Shown one piece after another: positions 10,298 to 17,927 of a stretch of 32,000 bases of DNA. This DNA comes from Methanothermobacter marburgensis str. Marburg (GTDB taxonomy: Archaea; Methanobacteriota; Methanobacteria; Methanobacteriales; Methanothermobacteraceae). The notes under the pieces were generated by a model, which was given only the letters and a program-made list of their open reading frames with translations, was not told the DNA's origin and did no database searches. Location of the stretch: assembly GCF_000145295.1 (NCBI RefSeq), contig NC_014408.1:30001-62000 (forward strand), read 5' to 3'. The first letter of the stretch is position 1. Each line of letters starts with the position of its first letter. The translations under genes and the position numbers were made by a program.

Positions 10298-10600
10298 ATG
10301 ATGACACAGAAGAAGGGCCTTGGAATGGGACTCGATGCACTCATCCAGTCAAGGACAAGGAAGGAATTGAAGGAGACCTCCGACTCAGTGGGTGGAGATG
10401 TGCAGGTTGAGGCTGTTATAAGGGAGGTTAAACGCAACCCCCGCATAACCCTCTGGTCTGCAAGGTCTGCAGCGGTACTCAGGTACCTGAAAAAGACACA
10501 GCCAGAGTTCAGCATAAGCAGGGAGGCATCGGACCTCATAGAAAGGGCCGTGAAGGAGAAGTACCCTGAAATATGGGAGATGTTCTCTGAACTCCAGTAA
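10298..10600 (+). CDS. Small ParA-partner candidate: ParB-like N-terminal peptide plus predicted ribbon-helix-helix (SegB/ParG-like centromere-binding protein)
   Basis: The ATG is 1 nt after the parA TGA, behind GGAGTGA. The N-terminus MMTQKKGLGMGLDALI resembles the ParB/Spo0J N-terminal (K/R)GLG(K/R)GLxAL peptide. The C-terminal part PRITLWSARSAAVLRYLKKTQPEFSISREASDLIERAVKE fits a beta-helix-helix (RHH) pattern. Confidence 0.6.
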   Translation: MMTQKKGLGMGLDALIQSRTRKELKETSDSVGGDVQVEAVIREVKRNPRITLWSARSAAVLRYLKKTQPEFSISREASDLIERAVKEKYPEIWEMFSELQ

Positions 10601-10601
10601 T

Positions 10602-11726
10602 TCAATCACTCTTATTCCAGCTGCTGAGGGTTGTCTGGGATCCGTCAAGGTATATGAAGGGCTCGGCCCTGCCCAGTCTCACCCCCATTCCCTTCAGGAT
10701 ATCCTGGGTGAGGTTAACCTTACCCCTCAGTTCAATTATTTTTCTGGCCGACCTTGGCCCTATTCCAGGGACCCTGATGATTTCATGATAGGGGGCGGTC
10801 TTGAGGTCCACCGGGAAGATATCCATCTCCATGGCTGCGGCGTACTTTGGATCCACAGAGGTGTCCAGGTAGCCCCCACTGAACCTCAACTCATCAACAC
10901 CGAAACCATAGGACTTAATGAGGGAGTCTGTCTGGTAAAGTCTGAAGACGCGCCGGGGATCTGCTTCGGCCCTTTTCTCAAGCTCAGTCCCTTCAATGGG
11001 CTGAAAACCACTGAAGTACACCCTTCTGAGGGAATATTTATCGTAGATCCACTTAACACGTTTAACTATATCCTCGTCTGTTTCATCAACAGCACCAACC
11101 ATCAGCTGGGTGCTCTGACCTGAGGGTGCAAGTTCAGGGTGTCTCCTCCTGAACCTGCTGATCCACCTCATTCTCCGAAGGATGTCAACACTGTAGTCCT
11201 TGGTGGATGAAAGTTCATCAAGACCATCCCTGGTCGCGGTCTCAAGGTTGATGCTCACACGACTTGCAAGTTCCATGGCCCTCCTTACAGTGTCCATGGA
11301 TGAGCCCGGTATGATTTTGAGGTGTATGTAGCCTCCGTAGCCCTCAAGCCTAAGGATTCTGAGCGTCTCCAGGAGCTTCTCCATGGTTTCATCAGGGTCC
11401 CTGCTCACCCCGGAGCTGAGGAAGAGTCCATCAACGTAGCGCCTCTCATAGTAGTCAAGGAATATCCCTGCAATTTCCTCCGGCTTCAGCTCTACGGGCT
11501 CTTTCTCTGCACTGTTTATACAGTACCTGCAGTCGTTGCAGCACCTGTTGGTGAGCAGAACCTTGAAAAGGGGGACCCTGCAGCCCCTGTAACTGGTGTA
11601 GTAGATACCCGGCACCGAGGGGTTCCGCTGCGAGGGGTCTGCACTGTAGTCGCAGAGGTCAAACTGGGCACTGTCACTCAGAACCTGGACCCTTTCAGCA
11701 AGACTCATGGTGAATAATATGTCCAT
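10602..11726 (-). CDS. Radical SAM protein of the 'putative DNA modification/repair radical SAM' type with C-terminal helix-hairpin-helix
   Basis: CxxxCxxC cluster motif (RCCNDCRYC). The N-terminus ...RVQVLSDSAQFDLCDYS resembles that family. The C-terminal HhH is IIRVPGIGPRSARKIIELRG. An alternative start, ATG 11708, would be near-leaderless relative to a TATA-like box around 11735-11745. Confidence 0.75.
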   Translation of the reverse strand: MDILFTMSLAERVQVLSDSAQFDLCDYSADPSQRNPSVPGIYYTSYRGCRVPLFKVLLTNRCCNDCRYCINSAEKEPVELKPEEIAGIFLDYYERRYVDGLFLSSGVSRDPDETMEKLLETLRILRLEGYGGYIHLKIIPGSSMDTVRRAMELASRVSINLETATRDGLDELSSTKDYSVDILRRMRWISRFRRRHPELAPSGQSTQLMVGAVDETDEDIVKRVKWIYDKYSLRRVYFSGFQPIEGTELEKRAEADPRRVFRLYQTDSLIKSYGFGVDELRFSGGYLDTSVDPKYAAAMEMDIFPVDLKTAPYHEIIRVPGIGPRSARKIIELRGKVNLTQDILKGMGVRLGRAEPFIYLDGSQTTLSSWNKSD

Positions 11727-11817
11727 GATTCTATAACTAATTTTATCAGGGGACTCATGGGATCCGCAGTGATTCTAATGGGGAGATAGGGTGAATGATC
11801 TGAAAGGATTATAATTG

Positions 11818-11874
11818 ATTTTAAGCCATAAAAAAGATTTAAATTAATTTTTAACCACAAAAAAATATTTAAAA
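11818..11874. repeat. Imperfect tandem repeat (~27 nt x2) in an AT-rich spacer
   Basis: ATTTTAAGCCATAAAAAAGATTTAAA (11818-11843) versus ATTTTTAACCACAAAAAAATATTTAAAA (11847-11874). A second pair is ATCATTCAATTTAAAAAA (~11978-11995) and ATCACTTCAATTTTTAAAAA (~12078-12097). Confidence 0.6.
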
Positions 11875-12242
11875 TTCAAAATAATCCATTTAATACCCTG
11901 ATATGAAGACAGGTCTTTTTTCATGTTGCGTATACTCTAAGGATGGTGCCTATGCACCCCCTTAAATAAACCATCAGATCATTCAATTTAAAAAACGGTT
12001 TAATATGGCTTATTTTTTGAAAAAGGGAAACGGTATTGTCACAGTGATTTAAAGGAGAAATTAAAAGATCACATCCATCACTTCAATTTTTAAAAAGTAA
12101 TTAGAAGGCTCTGATTGAAAAAAAGAGTTCTAAAACGTCTTATTTTTCAATTCTGAGGCAAAATATTTATATATGAGGTCACAGTTATATTCCTAACATC
12201 CAGAGGGAACATTAAATATCTTTCTGGATTGGAGGCGGTAAA

Positions 12243-12734
12243 ATTAAGCGACTTTTTATTGCATCTTTATTTCTATTCTCCATAGCTGCAGCGGGTATAA
12301 CCGCTTCTGAGGCGGAGGATAGAGGAACTGAGATCAGCGCAAAGCCCCTGAAGGTGGATGCGAAGAAGTATCATAAGAAGTACAGCAAAAAAAGAATCCA
12401 CACAAAGGCATACTATAAAAAGAGGGTCCTCAAAAGGAAACATGTGAGGGCCTACAGACACACATCAAGGGATGTGGGGGCATCATTCCACACTGTAAAC
12501 GCGGATTACGTTGAGGCCAGTGGCAGGTGTTCATGTTCACTCCATGGGGATTACAGGGAGCATAAATCACGTTTCAGGAATTACTGTCCCTTCTGTGGCA
12601 GGCACGGAACACTGAGGTATGAGGAGGGCTCCACATGTCCAGAGGGGATGTGGTTCTGCAGCAGATGCGACGCCGACTTCTGCCTTGTCCATGGAAAGTC
12701 ACACACATCAAGGGCAAGGTACCTTCTCAGATGA
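12243..12734 (+). CDS. Small secreted or membrane-anchored protein: signal peptide, Lys/Tyr/His-rich basic region, C-terminal Cys-rich (zinc-ribbon-like) domain
   Basis: The track ORF starts at GTG 12354, but the frame is open from 12216 and encodes KIKRLFIASLFLFSIAAAGITASEA, a classic signal peptide. No ATG/GTG/TTG is in frame there. GGAGG (12231-12235) lies 7 nt before ATT 12243. The C-terminus reads CSCSLHGDY..YCPFCGRHG..CPEG..FCSRCDADFC. The 5' end is uncertain; the minimal CDS is 12354-12734. Confidence 0.55.
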   Translation: MKRLFIASLFLFSIAAAGITASEAEDRGTEISAKPLKVDAKKYHKKYSKKRIHTKAYYKKRVLKRKHVRAYRHTSRDVGASFHTVNADYVEASGRCSCSLHGDYREHKSRFRNYCPFCGRHGTLRYEEGSTCPEGMWFCSRCDADFCLVHGKSHTSRARYLLR

Positions 12735-12826
12735 AATTTCTGACAAATCCTTTTTTTATTTCTGGTAAACAGAAGAAAGCTGCTATTCTCCCAAAACTTA
12801 AATAAATGTAGCATCGAGTTTCATAT

Positions 12827-14182
12827 ATGAGACTTGTACTTGCAGGGACAGGGAGCGCAGTTGGCAAGACCACCATAGCGACCGGGATAATGAGGGCACT
12901 CTCAGATAGGGGCATCCAGCCCTTCAAGGTGGGTCCTGACTACATAGACCCTTCATATCACACCATGGCCACAGGCAACGTGTCAAGGAACCTCGACTCC
13001 TTCTTCATGACAGATGCCCAGATAAGGGAGGCCTTCACAAGGGCAATGAAAATATCCGGGGCCAGAATGGGCATAATAGAGGGCGTCAGGGGACTGTATG
13101 AGGGTATAAGTGCAACCGGTGACACTGGAAGCACGGCTTCAGTTGCAAAGGCCCTCAAGGCCCCTGTGGTTCTCATAATAAATTCAAGAAGCCTTGTTAA
13201 AAGCGCGGCAGCCATGGTGCTGGGTTTCAGGTCCCTTGACCCTGAGGTTAAAATCAGAGGGGTTATCCTGAACCAGGTTAAGAACAGGAGGCACTACCTC
13301 AAGACAAAGGAGGCTATTGAGAAACTCACAGGCACCGAGGTGGTGGGGGGAATACCAAGGAGTGCAGAACTGGAGGTTGAACAGAGGCACCTTGGACTTG
13401 TACCCGCCGTTGAAAGGGAGCAGATAGCATCCTACATTGAGAAATGGGGCAGTGCAATGGAGGAGTACCTGGACCTTGAGGCCCTTGAGGATATAATGGC
13501 GTCTGCGGGGAAAATTGATGGAGAAAGGGAACCCCTGTGGCGGAGGGAGAATAAAAGGAAGGTTAAAATAGGTGTGGCATTTGATGAGGCCTTTAACTTT
13601 TATTACAGGGAGAACATAGAGGCCCTTGAGGATAACGCGGCTTCGGTTGTCTACTTCAGCCCCCTCCATGATGAGGAGCTTCCTGATGTTGACGCGGTAT
13701 ACATAGGGGGCGGCTACCCTGAGGTCTTTGCAGGGGAACTCGAATCCAACAGATCCATGAGGATCTCGGTGAGGAAGTTTCACGCAGACGGCAGACCCAT
13801 CTTCGGGGAATGCGGCGGCCTGATGTACCTGATGAACTCCATTGATGGGCATAAGATGTGTGGCGTGTTCCCCTACAGTGCTGAGATGACGAAAAATGTC
13901 CAGGGACTGAGCTACGTGATCTCTGAGGCGGTCTCTGACAACCTGATAACAGAAGAGGGGGATGTATTCAGGGGACATGAATTCCACTACTCAAGGGTCT
14001 CAGTCACCGGAGATGCGCAATTTGCTTTCAGGGTGCTCAGGGGAAGGGGTATAATGGATTCCATGGATGGAATAACCTCTGGATCGGCCCTTGCAAGTTA
14101 CGTGCACATACATGCAGCATCATGCCCCACCTTTGCCGCGAACTTCACAAGGAATGCATGGGAGCTCCAGGATGAGGTTTGA
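12827..14182 (+). CDS. cbiA: Cobyrinate / Ni-sirohydrochlorin a,c-diamide synthase (CbiA/CfbB family glutamine amidotransferase)
   Basis: [17 protein letters not shown]-loop, [39 protein letters not shown] (GATase Cys) and GHEFHYS. B12-type CbiA and F430-type CfbB cannot be distinguished by eye. Confidence 0.88.
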   Translation: MRLVLAGTGSAVGKTTIATGIMRALSDRGIQPFKVGPDYIDPSYHTMATGNVSRNLDSFFMTDAQIREAFTRAMKISGARMGIIEGVRGLYEGISATGDTGSTASVAKALKAPVVLIINSRSLVKSAAAMVLGFRSLDPEVKIRGVILNQVKNRRHYLKTKEAIEKLTGTEVVGGIPRSAELEVEQRHLGLVPAVEREQIASYIEKWGSAMEEYLDLEALEDIMASAGKIDGEREPLWRRENKRKVKIGVAFDEAFNFYYRENIEALEDNAASVVYFSPLHDEELPDVDAVYIGGGYPEVFAGELESNRSMRISVRKFHADGRPIFGECGGLMYLMNSIDGHKMCGVFPYSAEMTKNVQGLSYVISEAVSDNLITEEGDVFRGHEFHYSRVSVTGDAQFAFRVLRGRGIMDSMDGITSGSALASYVHIHAASCPTFAANFTRNAWELQDEV

Positions 14183-15254
14183 TATATTCTCCCCATATTC
14201 TGTCATTATAGCACTGCTCATATACCTTGTACTTGCCCTTTCAGGGACACTGATGGGCATCAGGGGCCTGAGACTTCCATCAGGGCTTTCAGTTCTCTAT
14301 ATAGCCCTGGGTGCCAGCATATTCATCCTTGGAGCATATATGTCTGAAAGGATACGAACAGAGAAACCTGCCAGCCCAGGAAATCCTAAGGAAACACTCC
14401 TGGTACTTCTTGTCACGTCTGGAATCATTCTACAGGCATTGAACCTTTATCTTCTGGGTGGAATCCCACTACTCAGCGGTTACCTCAAGGCAAGGGCGGT
14501 TACGAAGATATGGCTTCTCTCATACCTCATATTCCTCCCATCAATTAACATGCTTCTTGCAGCTTATCCCAGGAGGAGGTACTGCATTCCACTTATAATT
14601 GGCGCCACACTCTTTGCCTTCACAGGCTACAGGACAACGGTTGTGGTTATACTGCTGAGCGGTATGATAACCATCTACTACTCTGCAAGGCCATCCCCCC
14701 GCCAGATAGGCCTCCTGCTATCAGCTCTTGCCATTGTGGCAATATCAGTCGGTTACATTGCTGTTAAATCAATTGAATGGCAGACCTGGACCCTCAATCC
14801 ACTGGAACTCCTCCTCTACAGGGCAGGCTACACCCTCATGGTATTTGACAGGCTTCTGGACCATCAGGGGGCAACTGCCGGTAAACTCCTCTATTACACC
14901 CTTACAGGATATCTGCACTCAACGGATCCACGGGCAATCGTTGGTGAGGTTGTGCTTGGCTACAGGCACTCAACAACATCACTCATATTCGGACCCCCTC
15001 TCCTGGACTTCGGGCTTCCTGCAATGGTTATCCAGATGTTCCTCCTGGGTCTGATTCTTGGATTAATGCACAGGATTCAGATGTCACTGAATGGAATCTT
15101 CACAGGTATCTATTCAGTAATTCTGGCCCATACCATAATCTGGGTCGAAACAGGCCCAACAGACCTTGTGGTCTGGTTGTTCTACATGGTGGCTGTCATA
15201 TCAATTATATATGTCCTCTGGAGGTGTTATCCTGAAACTGGCAGTTGCAGCTGA
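14172..15254 (+). CDS. Polytopic membrane protein, possible oligosaccharide repeat-unit polymerase (Wzy-like)
   Basis: Track ORF 14091-15254, trimmed to ATG 14172 ([23 protein letters not shown]...), which overlaps the cbiA stop by 11 nt. It has about 10 hydrophobic helices and one large loop ([21 protein letters not shown]...[19 protein letters not shown]), as in Wzy/O-antigen-polymerase-like proteins. The family call is tentative. Confidence 0.7.
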   Translation: MRFDIFSPYSVIIALLIYLVLALSGTLMGIRGLRLPSGLSVLYIALGASIFILGAYMSERIRTEKPASPGNPKETLLVLLVTSGIILQALNLYLLGGIPLLSGYLKARAVTKIWLLSYLIFLPSINMLLAAYPRRRYCIPLIIGATLFAFTGYRTTVVVILLSGMITIYYSARPSPRQIGLLLSALAIVAISVGYIAVKSIEWQTWTLNPLELLLYRAGYTLMVFDRLLDHQGATAGKLLYYTLTGYLHSTDPRAIVGEVVLGYRHSTTSLIFGPPLLDFGLPAMVIQMFLLGLILGLMHRIQMSLNGIFTGIYSVILAHTIIWVETGPTDLVVWLFYMVAVISIIYVLWRCYPETGSCS

Positions 15255-16272
15255 ACTGGCACCTGCAAAGACCTTCCATCCCCTGATGCAGGAATCTGAA
15301 CATGAATACCACTGCCTGTGCCATGGTGGGGGGGTGAGGGAGGTCCTGGGAGACCTTTGCCAGGAATACTACTCAATGGGAACCAGCAGGAGCAGATCCG
15401 GGGGTAAGATGGAAATCGCATACCTCGTCCTGAGGGATATTGCAGCTACCTGGCGCCACCTTGGAAAAATAAACCCGGATCTCGTGCTCACATGCGGGAA
15501 TGCAGGGGATGTGAGGAAGGCCATCGCAGCATCATATCTCAGGGGGAATGGTGTCCTTCATATTGAACAGGACATCTACAACCCCATTGAAATGATAGCG
15601 TTTGCAGACATTGTAACGGCACCATCCACCCGCTACAGGGATTACCTTGAGGATACGTACCTCCTTGAGAATGTTGAGGTCATAGGTGGCTATCCCCATG
15701 CCCTCTATGTGAGCCGCCTCCAGACTGAGGATCCAGGTATCGGGAATTACACTCTCCTGGTCCTTGGAGGCGACCTGCGAAGGGGGGATATACCTGACCT
15801 CATATCGAGAGTTGAAGCCCTTGGAAGACGCATTATCGTGGTACCCTTCCGCTTCAGTCCACATTATGTGAGGAGCTTCGCAGGTTCGGAGGAGACTGAG
15901 GTCCTTGAGGGGTTTGTTGATCTTCCATCCCTCATGGCCTACGCTGACCTTGTTATATACGGGGCAGGAATGGGTCTCACCATCGAGGCCGCGGTGCTGG
16001 GTGTTCCGGCAATTAAGCTCCGGGGTTTCCATGAGAGACACGCGAGCGTGGACCTTGCAGGTGAGGTGGGGATACCTGTGGTTGATTCTGCCAGCCTCAG
16101 TGAAGTGGCGGATGATGTGAAACCACCTGAGTCCTCAGGAATTGTAGGGAATGCTGAGCGGGCCGTCAGAAAATTGATAGGGCTCATTGATGATTTCCAT
16201 GAGGTCGCAGGTCCCAGGGGTGGATTGAGGTCTATGAAGCGCATCTGGGATTCCCGGAAAAGTTTCAGGTAG
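15211..16272 (+). CDS. MurG-like (GT-B, GT28-like) glycosyltransferase homologue
   Basis: [35 protein letters not shown] parallels E. coli MurG [67 protein letters not shown] parallels [35 protein letters not shown]. The N-terminal Gly-rich loop is degenerate. The start is uncertain: ATG 15211 overlaps the previous gene by 44 nt, and alternatives are 15286 or 15409. Confidence 0.65.
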   Translation: [353 protein letters not shown]

Positions 16273-16458
16273 CTGATGGATACCTTCAGGTCATTAATTC
16301 TTTGAGGAACCACTATTCTGGGTGATGGTCAGGGCATTTGCTCGCTGCTCGTTCAACCTCTTTTTCATTTGAAGCAAGACCGCCGTGAGTTATATAAGCT
16401 CATGGGTTCTGTTTCACTTCAATCATATACATTTATTAATAATAATTAATAATTTATT

Positions 16459-16905
16459 ATGAATACTGGTATTAAAATGGAGGTTTTTGATATGAAATCG
16501 TTTCTGGGTGATGAGGTTATAGTGAGGCAGAGCAGCGGATACAGCTGCGGTCCGGCGGCACTTGCCACGGTTCTCAGAAACCTTGGAGTTCACTGCAGCG
16601 AGGCAGAACTGGCGGAGCTTGCAGGTACAGACGAATCAGGGACCACCATGTATGGGCTGATACTCGCAGCAACCTCGAAGGGGGTGAGTGCAAGGGGTGT
16701 CAGGATGGAAATATCGGATCTGAGAAGGAATCACATCGCATTTGTAAGGTACGGTGACACGGCACACTACACCGTTGTTCTTTCGGTTGATGATAGAAAC
16801 ATCACCCTGGCTGACCCTGCCATGGGGAGGATCAGGATAAGGAGGGATATCTTCTCAAAAATATTCACAGGCAACGTTCTTGTGGTTGAAAGGGAGGAGG
16901 ATTAA
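16459..16905 (+). CDS. Stand-alone peptidase C39-like (bacteriocin-processing type) cysteine protease domain protein
   Basis: VRQSSGYSCGPAALATVLRNLG carries the oxyanion Gln and catalytic Cys. TAHYTVVL carries the His and ITLADPAMG the Asp. There is no TM segment, signal peptide or ABC domain. The real start is probably the third Met (MKSFLGD..., ~16492), 7 nt after GGAGGT. Confidence 0.75.
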   Translation: MNTGIKMEVFDMKSFLGDEVIVRQSSGYSCGPAALATVLRNLGVHCSEAELAELAGTDESGTTMYGLILAATSKGVSARGVRMEISDLRRNHIAFVRYGDTAHYTVVLSVDDRNITLADPAMGRIRIRRDIFSKIFTGNVLVVEREED

Positions 16906-17073
16906 TAAACCTAATATTAAATTAAATGATTAAGATATTATCTATAATTTAAATTTTAATCATCATGATCCCAGAAAAGGTAAAAAATATACTACTGGTA
17001 TAAAAGCTTAATCATAATCTTTAAATCATAAAATACTTAATAAGGCGCAAAATAATAAGATTCTGGTGATCTA

Positions 17074-17904
17074 ATGGTTGTAAAAATTGGTATAATAAAA
17101 TGTGGTAACATCGGGACCTCACCTGTGCTGGACCTGTTACTTGATGAGAGGGCAGACAGGCCAAACATAGATGTCTGTGTCGTGGGTTCAGGTGCAAAAA
17201 TGAACCCCGATGAAATCGAAAGGGCAGTACCAACCATGCTTGAAATGGAGAGGGACTTTGTTATATTCATAAGCCCAAACCCCGGTGCACCTGGCCCTGC
17301 AAAGGCAAGGGAGCTCCTTTCAGCGGCTGATGTTCCAGCCATGATCATAGGTGACGCACCAGGCCTCAGGGTCAAGGATGAAATCGAGGAGCAGGGACTT
17401 GGATACATAATAGTAAAGGCCGACCCGATGATAGGGGCAAGAAGGGAGTTCCTGGACCCAACAGAGATGGCATCCTTCAACTCCGACGTTATAAAGGTCC
17501 TTGCATTCACAGGCGCATACAGGGTTGTGCAGAACACAATCGATGCAATGATTGCAGATGTTGAAGCCGGAAAGGCACCTGAACTTCCTCAGGTGGTAAT
17601 AGACACAGATAAGGCGGTTGAGGCAGCAGGCTACACCAACCCATATGCAAAGGCCAAGGCCATGGCTGCATATGAGATAGCAACCAAGGTGGCTGACATA
17701 GACGTCAGGGGCTGCTTCATGGTACAGGACCCTGACCAGTACATACCAATCGTTGCCTCAGCACACGAAATGCTATCTGCAGCTGCCAAACTTGCAATTG
17801 AAGCAAGGGAAATCGAAAAGGCCAACGACACCGTGCTGAGAACACCACACGGTAAGGAAGGCAAAACACTTAGCAAGAAGGATCTTCTGGCCAAGCCAGA
17901 ATAG
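17074..17904 (+). CDS. mtd: F420-dependent methylenetetrahydromethanopterin dehydrogenase
   Basis: MVVKIGIIKCGNIGTSPVLDLLLDERADRPNIDVCVVGSGAKM... is full-length Mtd, a methanogen-specific family. GGTGAT SD precedes the ATG. Confidence 0.93.
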   Translation: MVVKIGIIKCGNIGTSPVLDLLLDERADRPNIDVCVVGSGAKMNPDEIERAVPTMLEMERDFVIFISPNPGAPGPAKARELLSAADVPAMIIGDAPGLRVKDEIEEQGLGYIIVKADPMIGARREFLDPTEMASFNSDVIKVLAFTGAYRVVQNTIDAMIADVEAGKAPELPQVVIDTDKAVEAAGYTNPYAKAKAMAAYEIATKVADIDVRGCFMVQDPDQYIPIVASAHEMLSAAAKLAIEAREIEKANDTVLRTPHGKEGKTLSKKDLLAKPE

Positions 17905-17916
17905 ATCTTCAACCAC

Positions 17917-17927
17917 TTATTTTTTCT
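17917..17927 (+). terminator. Oligo-T terminator after mtd (T6 at 17920-17925)
   Basis: The TAG stop at 17902-17904 is followed 13 nt later by TTATTTTTTCT. Confidence 0.45.

Noticed and set aside
11727-12242. The AT-rich spacer as a replication origin (oriC-like), given the repeats and two GTCACAGT motifs.
   Set aside because: No orc1/cdc6 gene is adjacent. The repeats are low-complexity, and I cannot reliably recall the Methanothermobacter ORB consensus to match against. It is kept only as a generic unusual-spacer finding.
16273-16400. A relatively GC-richer intergenic patch with a GTTCAACC motif, checked as a possible tRNA or other structured RNA. The 7454-7540 and 28471-28520 patches were checked in the same way.
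   Set aside because: No acceptor, T-arm or anticodon-arm complementarity could be built. Only a 5-bp TTCAA/TTGAA stem is present.
16491-16506. By my manual count the text reads TCG-TTTT-CTG across the 16500/16501 line break. That would put the upstream ATGs of the C39 gene out of frame with its body, suggesting a frameshift or slippery T-run.
   Set aside because: The computed ORF track reports one continuous frame (MNTGIKMEVFDMKSFLGDE...) with consistent coordinates. A one-base miscount on my side is more likely than a real frameshift. It is worth a 10-second check of positions 16455-16506.
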